Source of the DNA: Cyanophora paradoxa CCMP329
Lineage: Eukaryota; Plantae; Glaucophyta
Assembly: GCA_004431415.1 (NCBI GenBank)
Contig: QPMI01000408.1
Span: 1,054,001 to 1,118,000, forward strand
DNA: 64,000 bases
Direction: 5' to 3'
Shown: positions 61,501 to 64,000 of the stretch, piece by piece
Layout: each line of letters begins with the position of its first letter
Numbering within the stretch: position 1 is the first letter of the stretch
Notes under the pieces: generated by a model
Database searches by the model: none
What the model was told of the DNA's origin: nothing
Seen by the model: the letters and a program-made list of their open reading frames with translations, nothing else
Made by a program: the position numbers and the translations under genes

Positions 61501-64000
61501 GCGCCCGAGCTGGGCGGGACCTTTGTCGCTTCAAACACGTTCTTCATCATTAACGCGACGTCCGTCGAGTGCCCTTCGGGACGGAAGGCCCGCGGCGTGT
61601 CGTCCCCCTGCGTCCTGACCTCGGCGGCTGATGGTGCGGCGCTGGTCGCCGACGATGTCTCGCCGATTGTGTCGACGAACAATTTCCTGGAGCAAACCGT
61701 GCGCTCCGTCAACGGCGGCGTGCTCTCGATACCGATTACGCCCGCCACTGCTGTCGTCGACGGAACTTACCAGGTTTGCGAAATCGGTCGCATTGATTTC
61801 GAATATACTAATTATAAAGACACCACGTGAAAACTCTGACCGCGCCCTCCATCTCCGCAGCTGCTCTGGAACTCGAGAGTGGTTGACAGCGAGGTCTACG
61901 GAGCTGAAATTCAGGCGATCATCCCACCGACCTCTCTCTCAGTCGTGGACGTGACCTTCCGTTGCGAGAACGAAGTATCGGGCTTCCGCCTCCGTTTTGG
62001 AGGCTCTGTCGCATGCTTTATAAACAAGACGGCGAACTCTGTTCCGCTGACCGAGACCGACATCCTTCCGCCTGTATTCTCGAACACTGTTGCGTCGGTC
62101 GTCGACTTCACATTTGCCGACGGTGGCTTTACGTTCACGTGCGCCGATTTCCGAGCTCGAGTTCGTTGGTGCACTCGATGTAATTATGATGCTAATGCGC
62201 TTCGAACCCTGTTGCAGATACAATGCCCTTGCAACCCCCGGCGCGACTTCGGACAGCCTGCATATTAAGTGGGGCGCTCAGCTAGATCTCGGCGGCGGCG
62301 TTGCAGAGCAGCGGACGATGAAATTCGTTGGTGAGTCTCCGTTTACGTTTCCTTCGCCTCTTTGGCAACTCACCCTCCCTCCGCCCCGCGCAGGCGCCTC
62401 TCTCTCCTGTACCCCGCTCCGTGTGCGCCGCGGCCCGGGGTTCACCGTCACCTGCACGCTCCAGCGTGCCGCGACCTCCTCGGCCCTCTTGAAGTCGGAC
62501 TTCATCGCGTACAATTTCAACGCGAGCTACATTGTCGCCGATCGCACCTCCGAGCAACTGCTGGCCGGTGGAGCGACTGGGATCCGCTTCGCAGCGGACA
62601 TTGTCGGTGCCGGCGACGACGGCGTGCTTACCGCGCTGTACAATCCTGCTATCGGCGGTGGCTCCGCGCCTGGTCAACCGAACATCGTGGCCGTCGCAAC
62701 GACGCCGACGGATCCGTTCAAGTGCTCCCGTGTACGCGTCGCAAAGAACAGCTCCGTTAGCTGCGTGATGCTTCGTGACGACACCGGCTCCCCTCTCTTA
62801 CGTGGTTCTGACTTCGTCGACATGAGTGGAAAGGCTCCGACCGGAGTTGTGAGCAACAGCACTGGTATCTTCTTCGAGTTCGTTGCCACAGCTGTCAATG
62901 GGTGCGTGCCTGTCATTTGGTTCGACTCCTTGGCTTTTGTTTTGACTCTCTTGCAGACCAGATTTTCAGTACCTGATCTCCTGGGCGCCATCTGTTGGCG
63001 GAGGCGTAGCTGGAGCAACCGAGCTCCGTGTTGTTTCCGCGTCTGCGGTCTGCTCCGGCTCCCGCAGAAGTCCTCCGGCGGCGGTGCAGTGCATCATATC
63101 CGCAGAGCCCAACGGCGCGGCACTCGAAGTGTCCGACATCGGCGCTCCGGCAGTCAACACGTCTCAGGTGAGGACACATCTTTTCAGATCCGAACCGGAA
63201 AGCGCGCTCTCTGACTTGTTCGTTTTCAGCTTGAAGGCCTGCCGCCTGTCCTCTCTGATGGCAAAATCTTCCAGTCGATTCGCGCGGTTTCTGCTGCATC
63301 CAATGCACCGATTGGGGTGTCGTACTCGAGCGAGGTGAGCCGCTTGTTTGTGGGCACAGATCGCTTCCAATTATACGCTGTCCGTTTATGCCATAACGGC
63401 CTGTGATGCGCAGATCGGCGGCGGTGTATTGTACAGGACATCGACCACAATCATCGAAGCAGCGATTCAGTGCGAACCGCGCTCTCGCCCGGATCGCGTT
63501 GTTCAGTGCTCGATCTCGCCCTATGGACCCTCTCCCAACGTCTTGCGGAACGACATCTTCGTCGCCATTCTCAAGATCGGCCGCCTGCAATTCTTGAGCC
63601 GCAATTTCACGACTCCAAGTGCCAACACGCTCGCCATTTCAATGTACATCCCGCCGGCTCCTCTGGACTCTAGCGCGGCATCGATTGAGGTCAACTACAA
63701 TGGAGATAGCGTGGGCCTCTTCGCGCCCATTCGAAGCATCTCGAACGACGTCGCCATCGTCATTGGTGAGCGACTCCAGTGCGTCAGTTCCAGATGGCGG
63801 CGGTACGCAACGGTGAATTGCACAGCCCTCCCGGATCCAACGTCTGCTCCCTTGATTTCGAGCGACATCGTCGTTTCGGCGCCATCTGTCGGAAGCGTAA
63901 CCGACATCCTGGTCGTCGACGAGTCAAGCGGCGCCGTACGTTATCCAAAACTGCCGATAGACTTCAATTAGCTTCGCTGACATTGTAAAAATCCGCATGC
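46599..64000 (+). CDS. Giant predicted secreted/surface protein with tandem Cys-pair Ig-like repeats (multi-exon, 3'-partial)
   Basis: Signal-peptide-like start MRSG...LGTLFITTVFLAALAQCGHA. A continuous series of short introns and beta-rich S/T/V/G exons runs to the window end. A ~100-aa unit recurs, roughly C..R..C..L-x-x-x-D[FIV]..[YW]-x3-4-[LIV]GG. Frame continuity was checked only at some junctions. Confidence 0.75.
49636..49774 (+). repeat. Tandemly duplicated intron 3' end (three copies of the acceptor)
   Basis: attcatttctgagatgcctt..attttgagctta occurs twice and tatatcgctccttacagc three times. Confidence 0.9.

Overview
Eukaryotic, GC-rich, intron-dense nuclear DNA with short GT-AG introns and frequent GC-AG introns. 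It looks like a protist or alga, but the species cannot be fixed from sequence alone. The raw ORF track is mostly misleading, so genes were reconstructed by hand-splicing. In order: (1) 3' part of a PARP gene (+); (2) a ~2.2-kb insertion with a poly(A) end, 14-15 bp flanking direct repeats and an internal GC-rich VNTR; (3) one F-box + LRR + ankyrin gene (-); (4) two head-to-head paralogous membrane hybrid histidine kinases (TM-Cache-like-TM-HAMP-like-HisKA-HATPase-REC-REC, ~50 exons each) forming an ~18.7-kb inverted duplication with gene-conversion tracts and a displaced fossil 3' end; (5) a Cys/Thr/Ser-rich repeat protein gene (-); (6) a SAMHD1-like HD-domain gene head-to-head with an F-box/LRR gene; (7) a decayed inverted fragment of the HD gene carrying repeated short fold-back (X-revcomp(X)-X) insertions; (8) a >17-kb gene for a giant, probably secreted protein with tandem Cys-pair Ig-like repeats that runs off the window end. 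No rRNA, tRNA or CRISPR array was recognised.
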